NCBI GenBank assembly: GCA_002952755.1
Contig: CP025011.1
Span: 810,001-842,000, forward strand
Source of the DNA: Candidatus Saccharimonadota bacterium
GTDB lineage: Bacteria; Patescibacteriota; Saccharimonadia; Saccharimonadales; UBA4665
Length of the DNA stretch: 32,000 nt
Direction: 5' to 3'
In this document: piece by piece, positions 7,871-15,099 of the stretch
Numbering within the stretch: position 1 is the first letter of the stretch
How the letters are laid out: each line of letters opens with the position of its first letter
Notes under the pieces: model-generated
The model's database searches: none
What the model saw: the letters and a program-made list of their open reading frames with translations, nothing else
What the model was told of the DNA's origin: nothing
Position numbers and translations under genes: made by a program

Positions 7871-9241
7871 CTAGGTTGCTGTGGAGGGTGCGGGTTTGGC
7901 ATCTTGGCCACGATCATACATTACGGCCTGATCGTCAAAGCTGCCTACCTGGCTGGCCGTTTTGCCCGGAAAAACTTCGAATTTGAGCGAGCGCTGCCCA
8001 ACCAGCTGAACTAGCACAGTAGCCTGAACCTGACTACTGCCTTTGGCTCTAATCCCCGTTGCAAAAGACGAATTATCCCAGGGTTGGCCGTTAGGCAAAA
8101 CGTAGCTTTTGTCGACCAACTCATATTTCGTAAGCCCGCTCGATTGACCAATCTTGGTCGGATCGGGACTGCCTTCTTTGGCCATAAATTGTCCGGCTCC
8201 GCTGTTTTCTTTAGAGGCGTTGTCTTGGTCGCTACCGCTAGCGCCCTTAAAGCTATAGTAATTGCCTATAGAAAAGTTTACCTGAGTTGGATCGATAAAG
8301 TCTGGCGCGATCGATAGATGTCCCTTCCAGTAATTCTGCACATCGCCCGGGCGCGTACCGCCCATGTAGCCATTAGTTCCTACCTGGAACCAGTTGCCAA
8401 TGAGTTTACCGTCGATATCGTAATCAATCTGGCCGTCGATTGGCTTTGCAGTGCGTACGTACTTGGCAGTAATCTGACTTTTAACTGCAGGATCCAGATA
8501 CTCTGACGTAGGTGCAGTAAATGGCTTCCATTGGTCGGAATTGTAAGCGTTGTAGCTAACAAAGCCAGTCAATTTCCTTGAGAGGTCCCAGACAAAGATG
8601 TCGAGCGTCTGACCGCCGATTTTACCTAAAACTTCACCTTTATTCACCTTTATTTCGCCGTTCCAGCCCTTGTTTGGATCCCAATTAGCGGGCAACTGTT
8701 TTTTAATTTCGTCCGATAGGCTTGTTTGCAGGTCCAGGGTGGTAATAAAACTGCAGGTATGAACGATAGTAAGGCGATACTCGTCACTGCTAGGCACATC
8801 GTTCGTATGCGATGGCGTGTTGATTCGTGAACCACGATGTTCAATAGCAGTCAGCGTCCCGTCTGCCGGAGCAATAACGTCATATGCATCGCGCAGGGCG
8901 TGCACATCGAGGCCGTTGTAGTATTGGTGGTCGATCGGCGTCACATGGCCACCTATTACCAAGCCATAGGGCAAGATAAAGCCAACCTGGTCTAAGGGCA
9001 TAAAGGGGCCCAGCTTTACCGGACCTGCTCCGCTGCAATGTCCGTTAGTTAGCATTCGCGATGCCGTCTGATCGTACGTAACAGTGGCGCCGGTACTAGT
9101 TCTCGCCGACACCATTTTATCTTTGTCGTTTGAGGCATGGTGTTTTTCATACACCCGCCAGCCCACAAGACCGGTGATACCCACAACCACTATGAAGAAA
9201 AACAGCAGATAGTGGCCAAAACCTTTTTGGTTTTCCTGCAT
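7871..9241 (-). CDS. membrane-anchored protein with a degenerate LytM/M23-like domain
   Basis: I chose the start at the internal Met (MQENQKGFGHYLLFFFIVVVGITGLVGW is the TM anchor). The order of motifs mimics peptidase M23: HVTPID, VIAPADGTLTAIEH, YRLTIVHTCSFITTLDL, VNKGEVLGKIGG. The terminal HxH is replaced by LDIFVWD. The C-terminal half is unassigned. Confidence 0.55.
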   Translation of the reverse strand: MQENQKGFGHYLLFFFIVVVGITGLVGWRVYEKHHASNDKDKMVSARTSTGATVTYDQTASRMLTNGHCSGAGPVKLGPFMPLDQVGFILPYGLVIGGHVTPIDHQYYNGLDVHALRDAYDVIAPADGTLTAIEHRGSRINTPSHTNDVPSSDEYRLTIVHTCSFITTLDLQTSLSDEIKKQLPANWDPNKGWNGEIKVNKGEVLGKIGGQTLDIFVWDLSRKLTGFVSYNAYNSDQWKPFTAPTSEYLDPAVKSQITAKYVRTAKPIDGQIDYDIDGKLIGNWFQVGTNGYMGGTRPGDVQNYWKGHLSIAPDFIDPTQVNFSIGNYYSFKGASGSDQDNASKENSGAGQFMAKEGSPDPTKIGQSSGLTKYELVDKSYVLPNGQPWDNSSFATGIRAKGSSQVQATVLVQLVGQRSLKFEVFPGKTASQVGSFDDQAVMYDRGQDAKPAPSTAT

Positions 9242-9247
9242 ATACTT

Positions 9248-9276
9248 ACTATATAAAAAAGAAAAGGTGCAGTCTA
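9248..9276 (-). promoter_or_regulatory. promoter placed for a leaderless transcript of 7871..9241
   Basis: On the minus strand: TAGACT (9276-9271), a 17-nt spacer, TATAGT (9253-9248), then 6 nt (aagtat) to ATG 9241. Confidence 0.45.
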
Positions 9277-9321
9277 TAGGCTGCTTATGGTTTTTATACC
9301 AGCTAGGGTACATCCGCCGCC

Positions 9322-9362
9322 AAAGGAAAACCCCTAGGAGAATGGTCTGACTACTCCTAGGG
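9322..9362 (-). terminator. intrinsic terminator of 9401..9829
   Basis: A 9-bp stem, CCCTAGGAG (9332-9340) / CTCCTAGGG (9354-9362), with a 13-nt loop. On the minus strand it is followed by GTTTTCCTTT. Confidence 0.6.
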
Positions 9363-9400
9363 CCGGGAAGGTATTACATCTAACTTACTGCGCGATGAGA

Positions 9401-9829
9401 CTAATCTCTTTGCAGTAAGAATAAGGTCATTCTCTCTGCTGCACTAAGCCCTAACTCCATTACTAAGACGTTCTGGGGGGATAGTAACAAGTATTGACCA
9501 TAGCCATTTAATTCTTCGCCAATAAAGTAACCGTCAAACTCACCAGCTTGATCTTCTTGTGTGTGCGACACCCGTCCTATAACCAGAGTAGTGTGCCTTC
9601 TAAAACCAGGCCCTACTTCGTAGTCTGTACATTTCACCTTATCAATTCGTGCAGCACCGCTTTCGGCTAAGCCCAAAAATCTGACTGCGGTTTCATTTGG
9701 AACAGTAGCGTTCAATATCGGCGCGCCTGACCGCTCATTTCGACCCTCGCTTGGCCATGCCGCCGTTATTGTATCAAGTAGCGGAGTGTTAACGCCTAAT
9801 GGATCTGACTCGCCTGTAAACTCGCTCAT
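9401..9829 (-). CDS. hypothetical protein (143 aa)
   Basis: This is ORF 9401..9943 trimmed to Met39 (MSEFTGESDP), because the upstream part overlaps tRNA-Tyr. It contains TLVIGRVSHTQEDQAGEF, similar to SITIGQASHTANEDGIEMF in 10338..11036. Confidence 0.5.
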   Translation of the reverse strand: MSEFTGESDPLGVNTPLLDTITAAWPSEGRNERSGAPILNATVPNETAVRFLGLAESGAARIDKVKCTDYEVGPGFRRHTTLVIGRVSHTQEDQAGEFDGYFIGEELNGYGQYLLLSPQNVLVMELGLSAAERMTLFLLQRD

Positions 9830-9867
9830 AACACATACTATAACATAATGTGTATAAATATCGATAT

Positions 9868-9952
9868 TGGTGCAGGGTGAGGGATTCGAACCCCCGAAGG
9901 CTGAGCCAGATGATTTACAGTCACCCGTGTTTGACCGCTTCACTAACCCTGC
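9868..9952 (-). tRNA. tRNA-Tyr: tRNA-Tyr (anticodon GTA), class II long variable arm, CCA encoded
   Basis: The reverse complement is GCAGGGT-TA-GTG-AAGCGGTCAAA-CAC-G-GGTGA-CTGTAAA-TCATC-long variable arm-GGGGG-TTCGAAT-CCCTC-ACCCTGC-A-CCA. It folds as a cloverleaf by hand. Confidence 0.9.
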
Positions 9953-10024
9953 ATATCTGTTATTTTAGCAAATCTGTACTGAGTTGAGAACTCGTTCTCA
10001 CATGTACATACTCTGCAGAAAATC

Positions 10025-10100
10025 TGGAGCCGATAGAGGGATTCGAACCCACGACCCGCTGTTTACAAAACAGCCGCTCTAGCCACTGAGCTATATCGGC
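10025..10100 (-). tRNA. tRNA-Thr: tRNA-Thr (anticodon TGT), CCA encoded
   Basis: The reverse complement is GCCGATA-TA-GCTC-AGTGGCTA-GAGC-G-GCTGT-TTTGTAA-ACAGC-GGGTC-GTGGG-TTCGAAT-CCCTC-TATCGGC-T-CCA. There is one T-T mismatch in the T-stem. Confidence 0.88.
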
Positions 10101-10115
10101 GTAACAGATGATGCA

Positions 10116-10144
10116 AGTGTACCAAGAAAGCTCCTCTGAGGCAA
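10116..10144 (-). promoter_or_regulatory. candidate promoter for the minus-strand tRNA pair
   Basis: On the minus strand: TTGCCT (10144-10139), a 17-nt spacer, TACACT (10121-10116), then 15 nt to the tRNA-Thr 5' end. Confidence 0.35.
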
Positions 10145-10183
10145 TAAGCGCCACTCAAGCTAATACTCTAGTGTAAATGAGCC

Positions 10184-10212
10184 TTGAGAAAAAACCCGGA
10201 ATAGGCTAAAAT
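10184..10212 (+). promoter_or_regulatory. candidate promoter for tRNA-Thr(GGT)
   Basis: TTGAGA (10184-10189), a 17-nt spacer, TAAAAT (10207-10212), then 14 nt to the tRNA 5' end. Confidence 0.45.
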
Positions 10213-10226
10213 GACCCCTGATACAT

Positions 10227-10301
10227 GCCGTTGTAGCTCAGGGGTAGAGCACCTCCATGGTAAGGAGGGGGTCTGGGGTTCAAATCCCCACAACGGCTCC
10301 A
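10227..10301 (+). tRNA. tRNA-Thr: tRNA-Thr (anticodon GGT), CCA encoded
   Basis: GCCGTTG-TA-GCTC-AGGGGTA-GAGC-A-CCTCC-ATGGTAA-GGAGG-GGGTC-TGGGG-TTCAAAT-CCCCA-CAACGGC-T-CCA. All stems pair. Confidence 0.92.
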
Positions 10302-10337
10302 TGAGTAATATAGAGGTCGATTAACCGGCCTATTTTT

Positions 10338-11036
10338 ATGCTTCAAAGATATCCTCTCTCAGAATCCAGCCTTGGGCCGCTAGAATTTCAACTGCTTCAT
10401 CCTGATTATTGGGATGGCCATACCCTAGGGGATGGCGATGCAGGGCAAATGCCACCTGCATGCGAAGATTTAGAGCTAAATCGAGCCGTCAACTTAGCAT
10501 TCGAAGAATTTGAAACGCTCGAGGGATACTCCGGTCTTAGCTTAGATACATTCCAAAAGGGTGGTGTCTTTGACGCTGCAAACCATGCCCCAGGAACAAT
10601 CATCGGTCTCGATGTAGAAAGCCTTACCACCGCCCGAGCGTTCGAAGGAGCCGACCCGACATGGTTTTCAGGTCAAAAGCCATATGTGTACCAACCAATG
10701 CAAACGGACGAAGAACCTCAAATTCTTAATGAAGAACACTGCGTGTATATACACGAATCGACATTAGGCATTGTGATGCGTATGGGGCGGCGCACTAAGT
10801 TATTGCACACCGTCACTTTGGCCACTAGTAGACAGGCCTCGCAAAATACGTTGGTTGATGCGCCGACCTCAATTACTATTGGTCAAGCTAGCCACACAGC
10901 TAATGAGGACGGCATTGAAATGTTTAGCCGCATAAACGAGATAACTATCCTAAGAAGGCCCAGTCTCTTGGGCAAGAGACGCACATCATTCGCCATTGGC
11001 AGCACTATTGCCAGAAGATTAGTGCCCGGTAGCTAG
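10338..11036 (+). CDS. hypothetical protein (232 aa, acidic)
   Basis: A long ORF with no signal peptide or TM segment. It shares the IG..SHT..[ED] motif with 9401..9829. Confidence 0.5.
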   Translation: MLQRYPLSESSLGPLEFQLLHPDYWDGHTLGDGDAGQMPPACEDLELNRAVNLAFEEFETLEGYSGLSLDTFQKGGVFDAANHAPGTIIGLDVESLTTARAFEGADPTWFSGQKPYVYQPMQTDEEPQILNEEHCVYIHESTLGIVMRMGRRTKLLHTVTLATSRQASQNTLVDAPTSITIGQASHTANEDGIEMFSRINEITILRRPSLLGKRRTSFAIGSTIARRLVPGS

Positions 11037-11098
11037 TTTACAAACAACAGACCATCTGTTAAAATTAATGATAATTAGTGAAAAAGGTTAAGTAGAAT

Positions 11099-11302
11099 AT
11101 GGCTAAAAAAGGCGACAAACGCAAATTGATTGGCTTGGTCAGCGAAGAGACTGGCGAGCGTATTTATTACACCACCAAGAATACGATGAACACGCCCGAG
11201 AAGCTGTCTCTGCGCAAATATAGTCGTCGACTTCGCAAGCACATCTGGTTCACCGAAACCAAGAAGAACTTGGGCCGCAACGAAGTTAAGCCGAAGAAGT
11301 AA
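11099..11302 (+). CDS. rpmG: 50S ribosomal protein L33 (Cys-less C- form)
   Basis: MAKKGDKRKLIGLVSEETGERIYYTTKNTMNTPEKLSLRKYSRRLRKHIWFTETK matches the L33 pattern (..Y.T.KN..N.P..L.L.KY....RKH....E.K). The four Zn-ribbon Cys positions are non-Cys. There is a short basic C-terminal extension. Confidence 0.85.
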   Translation: MAKKGDKRKLIGLVSEETGERIYYTTKNTMNTPEKLSLRKYSRRLRKHIWFTETKKNLGRNEVKPKK

Positions 11303-11320
11303 GAAAGTTATCGGCAGCTC

Positions 11321-11347
11321 AAAATCGCCTAATGGGCATTTTTTTAA
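11321..11347 (+). terminator. weak intrinsic terminator after rpmG
   Basis: An AAAAT(C)GCC-TAATG-GGCATTTT imperfect hairpin with one bulge, running into TTTTTTTAATTTT. Confidence 0.3.
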
Positions 11348-11394
11348 TTTTCACAGTATTATAAATACATACCGGATAACGGACACTACTTGCT

Positions 11395-11928
11395 ATGGTA
11401 TTTGCCGAACCCCCTCCTAACTTAGTCTCGAGAGAGCGATTCATGGTTCCGGTTAGCGAGCAGTTTTGGCGAGCCTTAGGGGCAACCGCTGCCGTTCTAG
11501 TAGATATGTACGGTTCTCATGGGAGGCAAGAAAAATTCCAAGGTCATCCATTTCGAGTTTGGTCGAAAGCCTGGGAAGATGAAGACGAGGCACAGCACAT
11601 CTTAAACGTGAGAGAGCATCTGGATCGCAGACCCGGTCTCAGCGACCATACTATTTTAATGTCAAGTCACAACGAAGAGGGTGAGAGTGAATTAAGGTGT
11701 AGGCACAGCCTCTTTGAGGTTGACGATCACCACGAAGGCGCCAATGGATTGCTAGCTATCATTGAATATCCCGTGCCAGAATCGGAAGAGTCACAGCGAC
11801 AAGCAACGCAAAACGCTATCGCTTTTGCCCTAGACACAGGGGCTGCCGTAGCTAACCCTCAAGAAGTGATCGAGCTATATCACCACCTTACGAATAGTGT
11901 ATTCTTTGCCAACAAACAAGATACTTGA
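11395..11928 (+). CDS. hypothetical protein (177 aa, acidic, His-rich patches)
   Basis: An ORF with no recognised family. It contains HTILMSSHNEEGESEL, related to the SH-motif of the other orphans. An alternative start at Met17 (11443) has a weak GAGAG SD. Confidence 0.5.
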   Translation: MVFAEPPPNLVSRERFMVPVSEQFWRALGATAAVLVDMYGSHGRQEKFQGHPFRVWSKAWEDEDEAQHILNVREHLDRRPGLSDHTILMSSHNEEGESELRCRHSLFEVDDHHEGANGLLAIIEYPVPESEESQRQATQNAIAFALDTGAAVANPQEVIELYHHLTNSVFFANKQDT

Positions 11929-11953
11929 TAGGCTAGCCTTCTTAATGCATTAG

Positions 11954-13891
11954 TCAGTACTGTACCTTGGCGATGTCAAGGGCAGTGTTGACGAATTCGG
12001 CATGACTCCAGACGAGAGGCGACACACTTATAGCGTAGCCGGTTTCCGGGTCGAACTGTTCACTGAGGATGCCGCTGGGGAGTTTACGGTCAAGGCACCA
12101 TTGCACAAGGCTATATGCCTGGTCGTGATCGCCGGTAGCTTCCAAGTATTGCGCGAGCCACAAGGTGCATACAATCCAGGGATTGCCTTTATATTGAGTT
12201 TTAGACAAAAAGTAGCCGTCGGCCGTGTCGCGGATCACGCCGCCAATGGGCGAGGTGTTATACAGATCTTTCTTCACGTGTTCGAAGGTGCCTTGCATAC
12301 GTGGATCATCGAGCGGCAAATTGGCGAACATGTACGGGCCGTATAAGTTCGAAATATCCAGCATGTCATTGTATTCCAGATTTCCGTCTTCCTGTAGCAA
12401 AAAGCCTTTACGGAAATAGCCGTCAGGGTGATAGAGTGCCTGAAGGCCTTCGCGCATTCTGTCTACTGCTTTTTTCCAATCCGCTGCATCGTCCGGGCGT
12501 TTAACCACGTCAGATAATTTAATCGCTGCTTCCAGAGCAGCAATCACGGCGCACACCGTGTAGGTGGACGTCAGAAAGCGTTGTTCCCAGAGGTCATAGC
12601 TGGCATGCGGCAAGCCGGTGGCTTCATCTACAAAATTGGCCATAAAATTAGCGCAGGGTTCAATAAAGTTATCGTAGTAGCCTTCGATAAGTGTTGCATC
12701 TTCAGTAGCGTTGTAATATTCGCCCATCATAAACACCACCATGGCGGTTTCATCTTCCTGAATAGCTAGCTCCTTATGTTTGCCATACAGCAGGGGGTGC
12801 CAGGTACTGCCAATAGCGCGGTCGGGCTGGTATTTATGCATAAGATATCCGTCGCGATGCATAGTACCTCGAGCAAATTCAAAGAAATTGCGCGCTTCAT
12901 CATATAGCCCAAAACGAATGAGCGGCCAGATGGCAAAACTAGCATCGCGTGGCCAACAGTAGCAGTAGTAGTCGCGGCCGAAGTTAAAAATACTGGAATC
13001 ACCGCTGGCAAGGATTGAGCCGCGGTCGTCGCAGTGTGCTTTTATAACCAGCAGACTCTTTTGTACTTCTGCGCGTATCGATTCAGGGACCTGCTGCATT
13101 TTATGCTTGGTAGGTTCGAGCCATTTACGCCAATGTTCACGAGCCTTTTGCAGTCGGTCGTCAATCGAATAATACTTTATATGGGTGTGCACCACTTGGG
13201 CATCGGACTGACTATCGGCAGCAACGACCCAATAATCCACGCCGAATGAGGTATGGGCGGCAACTTGTTTGCGGAACCGCAGCACGCTGTCCACGCCGCC
13301 ATGCTCTACTGGGTTATTGCTTAGCTCACCATCTTCGGCGTCTTTAAAGGTACCTGCCTTGCCCTCAATAGCATAGTTACCGATAGCGAACTGGTCGAAA
13401 TCGCCGTCGCCACTAAAACGCCCCGCGGAGAGCAAACAGCAGCGGCCTTTGTAGTCAAGAATATAGTTATCGTCCGGTACGAACAATGCCGTGTCGGCCC
13501 GGCCGGCACGTGAAATCTGAAATACCTGGTGCAAGAAGAGGCGTACGTCGCGCTCATGATCGGCCTCATTGGTCACATTAATCCTACGGATAAAAGCATT
13601 ATATTCCGGGTCAACAAAGTCGTTCAGGCGCAGGGTAATACCGAGTGCGGACGAATGCATCCTGATATCGCTTACGAGCGCCTCGGTCTCAAAGTTAACG
13701 TCAATTTGCCACGATTCATCATCCACCCAGGAGAAGCTGCCATCCACCCAGATACCGATCTTGTGTTGCGAATTGCGCGCATTGGTCAGATTATCCAAGC
13801 CGACGTAGGGATAATAGAAATCATGCACCAGGCCATGCTCATCCAGTCCGACAAATAGCTGACCATTACTTAACACAACCGGTCGAGCCAT
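11954..13891 (-). CDS. glycoside hydrolase family 15 (glucoamylase/glucodextranase-type)
   Basis: Motifs present: CWPRDASFAIWPL, GNPWIVCTLWLAQY and LSEQFDPETGYAISVSPLVWSHAEF, the GH15 (alpha/alpha)6 catalytic-domain signatures. Its start codon overlaps the upstream stop by 1 nt (TAATG). Confidence 0.9.
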   Translation of the reverse strand: MARPVVLSNGQLFVGLDEHGLVHDFYYPYVGLDNLTNARNSQHKIGIWVDGSFSWVDDESWQIDVNFETEALVSDIRMHSSALGITLRLNDFVDPEYNAFIRRINVTNEADHERDVRLFLHQVFQISRAGRADTALFVPDDNYILDYKGRCCLLSAGRFSGDGDFDQFAIGNYAIEGKAGTFKDAEDGELSNNPVEHGGVDSVLRFRKQVAAHTSFGVDYWVVAADSQSDAQVVHTHIKYYSIDDRLQKAREHWRKWLEPTKHKMQQVPESIRAEVQKSLLVIKAHCDDRGSILASGDSSIFNFGRDYYCYCWPRDASFAIWPLIRFGLYDEARNFFEFARGTMHRDGYLMHKYQPDRAIGSTWHPLLYGKHKELAIQEDETAMVVFMMGEYYNATEDATLIEGYYDNFIEPCANFMANFVDEATGLPHASYDLWEQRFLTSTYTVCAVIAALEAAIKLSDVVKRPDDAADWKKAVDRMREGLQALYHPDGYFRKGFLLQEDGNLEYNDMLDISNLYGPYMFANLPLDDPRMQGTFEHVKKDLYNTSPIGGVIRDTADGYFLSKTQYKGNPWIVCTLWLAQYLEATGDHDQAYSLVQWCLDRKLPSGILSEQFDPETGYAISVSPLVWSHAEFVNTALDIAKVQY

Positions 13892-15099
13892 TAGACGCCG
13901 ACTCCTTTAGCCGCCAAGCGGAAGCGTACGTCGTGCCAGGCATTCATAAAGGCGATAAAGGCATCGTAGGGATTTTCGTACGGACTAAAGTAGGCGTGAA
14001 TGTCACCGTCGTTAAACCATTTGGTACACATGTAATAAAAGTGGTCAGACGTTTGCAGCTTGCGCCAGTCTTCTATAAGACTTAGATCTTCGGTAGCCAG
14101 AATTTGCTGTTCCAAACCATACAATGCGGTTATCGCCGAGCTCTGCATACTATTACCCAGCCAAGCCGAGAGGTCGCGCTCGCTATCTGCCCAGGTAACA
14201 GTGTAGGGCATGTCCACGCGGTCTACGGGCACAAAATTGTCAATTGCTTCGGAGACGGTCATAAATGCATTGCCGTGTTTTTTGAGCCATTCGCCGGGTA
14301 AATGCTCAAGGAAGCCAAAAATGCCGGATTCGTCCCATTGGTGCTCGCCAAAGGTCTCGTAGTCCATAAACAAATTGAAGTTGGTTGCATCGCCGCTCTC
14401 GTTAAGCCAGTGCGCAAACTTATCAGCAGTCAGCGGCCAACCAACCCAAGATTGATCGCCAAAGCGAAAAGCGATATCGTCGCTTAAGCGGTAATTCTTC
14501 ATAAGTAACCGGATATTGTCTGTATAAGTAGGCTGGTAGACAAAATTAGGGCTGCGCCAGTCGAGCACCTTATCCCATCCTTCGGCCAAAATACCCTTAT
14601 AGCCAGCTTTGTCTGCCCAGTAGGCAAGATCGTTATTATAGGCAAGCTCGGTATTACGGAACACTTTGGGGGTCTGACCAAAGAGCGTCTGCACCTTCTC
14701 GCGGTGCATGTTCACCTGGCGTTCAAATTCGCTGCGTGAATAAAAGAATGCTAGGCTGTGATGATATGTCTCGGCCACAATCTCAACCCTACCGGTTGCT
14801 GTTAGCGCCTGGAATGAGGCCAGCGACTCGGGTGACCAGGCTTCCATTTGCTCTAGTACCGTGCCAGTAATACTCATGCTCAGCTTAAATTCAGGGTGCT
14901 TTTGTAATAGCTCTAGCAGGCGGCGGTTGGTAGGCAGGTACGATTTTTCGGCTACTTTATGCATAATGCGCTCGTTGCTGGTGCGATCCTGGTATGGAGC
15001 TGCGAAATACTGATGATCAACACCTGCGTCAAAAATGGTGTAGTGCCGTACGCGGTAGGGCTGATGAACATGCAGATACAAGACAATCGCCTTACTCAT
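13891..15099 (-). CDS. glycoside hydrolase family 57 (alpha-amylase/alpha-glucan-active)
   Basis: Motifs present: LYLHVHQPYR, FMDYETFGEHQW (nucleophile Glu region) and TWADSERDLSAWLGN (acid/base Asp region). There is a 4-nt ATGA overlap with the upstream GT gene. Confidence 0.9.
   Translation of the reverse strand: MSKAIVLYLHVHQPYRVRHYTIFDAGVDHQYFAAPYQDRTSNERIMHKVAEKSYLPTNRRLLELLQKHPEFKLSMSITGTVLEQMEAWSPESLASFQALTATGRVEIVAETYHHSLAFFYSRSEFERQVNMHREKVQTLFGQTPKVFRNTELAYNNDLAYWADKAGYKGILAEGWDKVLDWRSPNFVYQPTYTDNIRLLMKNYRLSDDIAFRFGDQSWVGWPLTADKFAHWLNESGDATNFNLFMDYETFGEHQWDESGIFGFLEHLPGEWLKKHGNAFMTVSEAIDNFVPVDRVDMPYTVTWADSERDLSAWLGNSMQSSAITALYGLEQQILATEDLSLIEDWRKLQTSDHFYYMCTKWFNDGDIHAYFSPYENPYDAFIAFMNAWHDVRFRLAAKGVGV

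Noticed and set aside
9830-9943. N-terminal 38 codons of ORF 9401..9943
   Set aside because: This part overlaps tRNA-Tyr (9868-9952) on the same strand. Its peptide (GGSNPSPCTN) is simply the tRNA T-arm read as protein. I trimmed the CDS to Met39.
9960-10154. 64-aa ORF on the minus strand
   Set aside because: It is fully explained by tRNA-Thr(TGT) at 10025-10100. The peptide VVGSNPS is the T-arm translated.
9401-11928. Genomic island integrated at the tRNA genes
   Set aside because: No integrase or recombinase ORF is present. By eye I could find no direct repeat of a tRNA 3' end flanking the orphans. A computed repeat search is still needed to rule it out.
12002-13858. Several 60-114-aa plus-strand ORFs inside the GH15 gene
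   Set aside because: All are antisense to a gene with strong family motifs. None has an SD or a recognisable motif.
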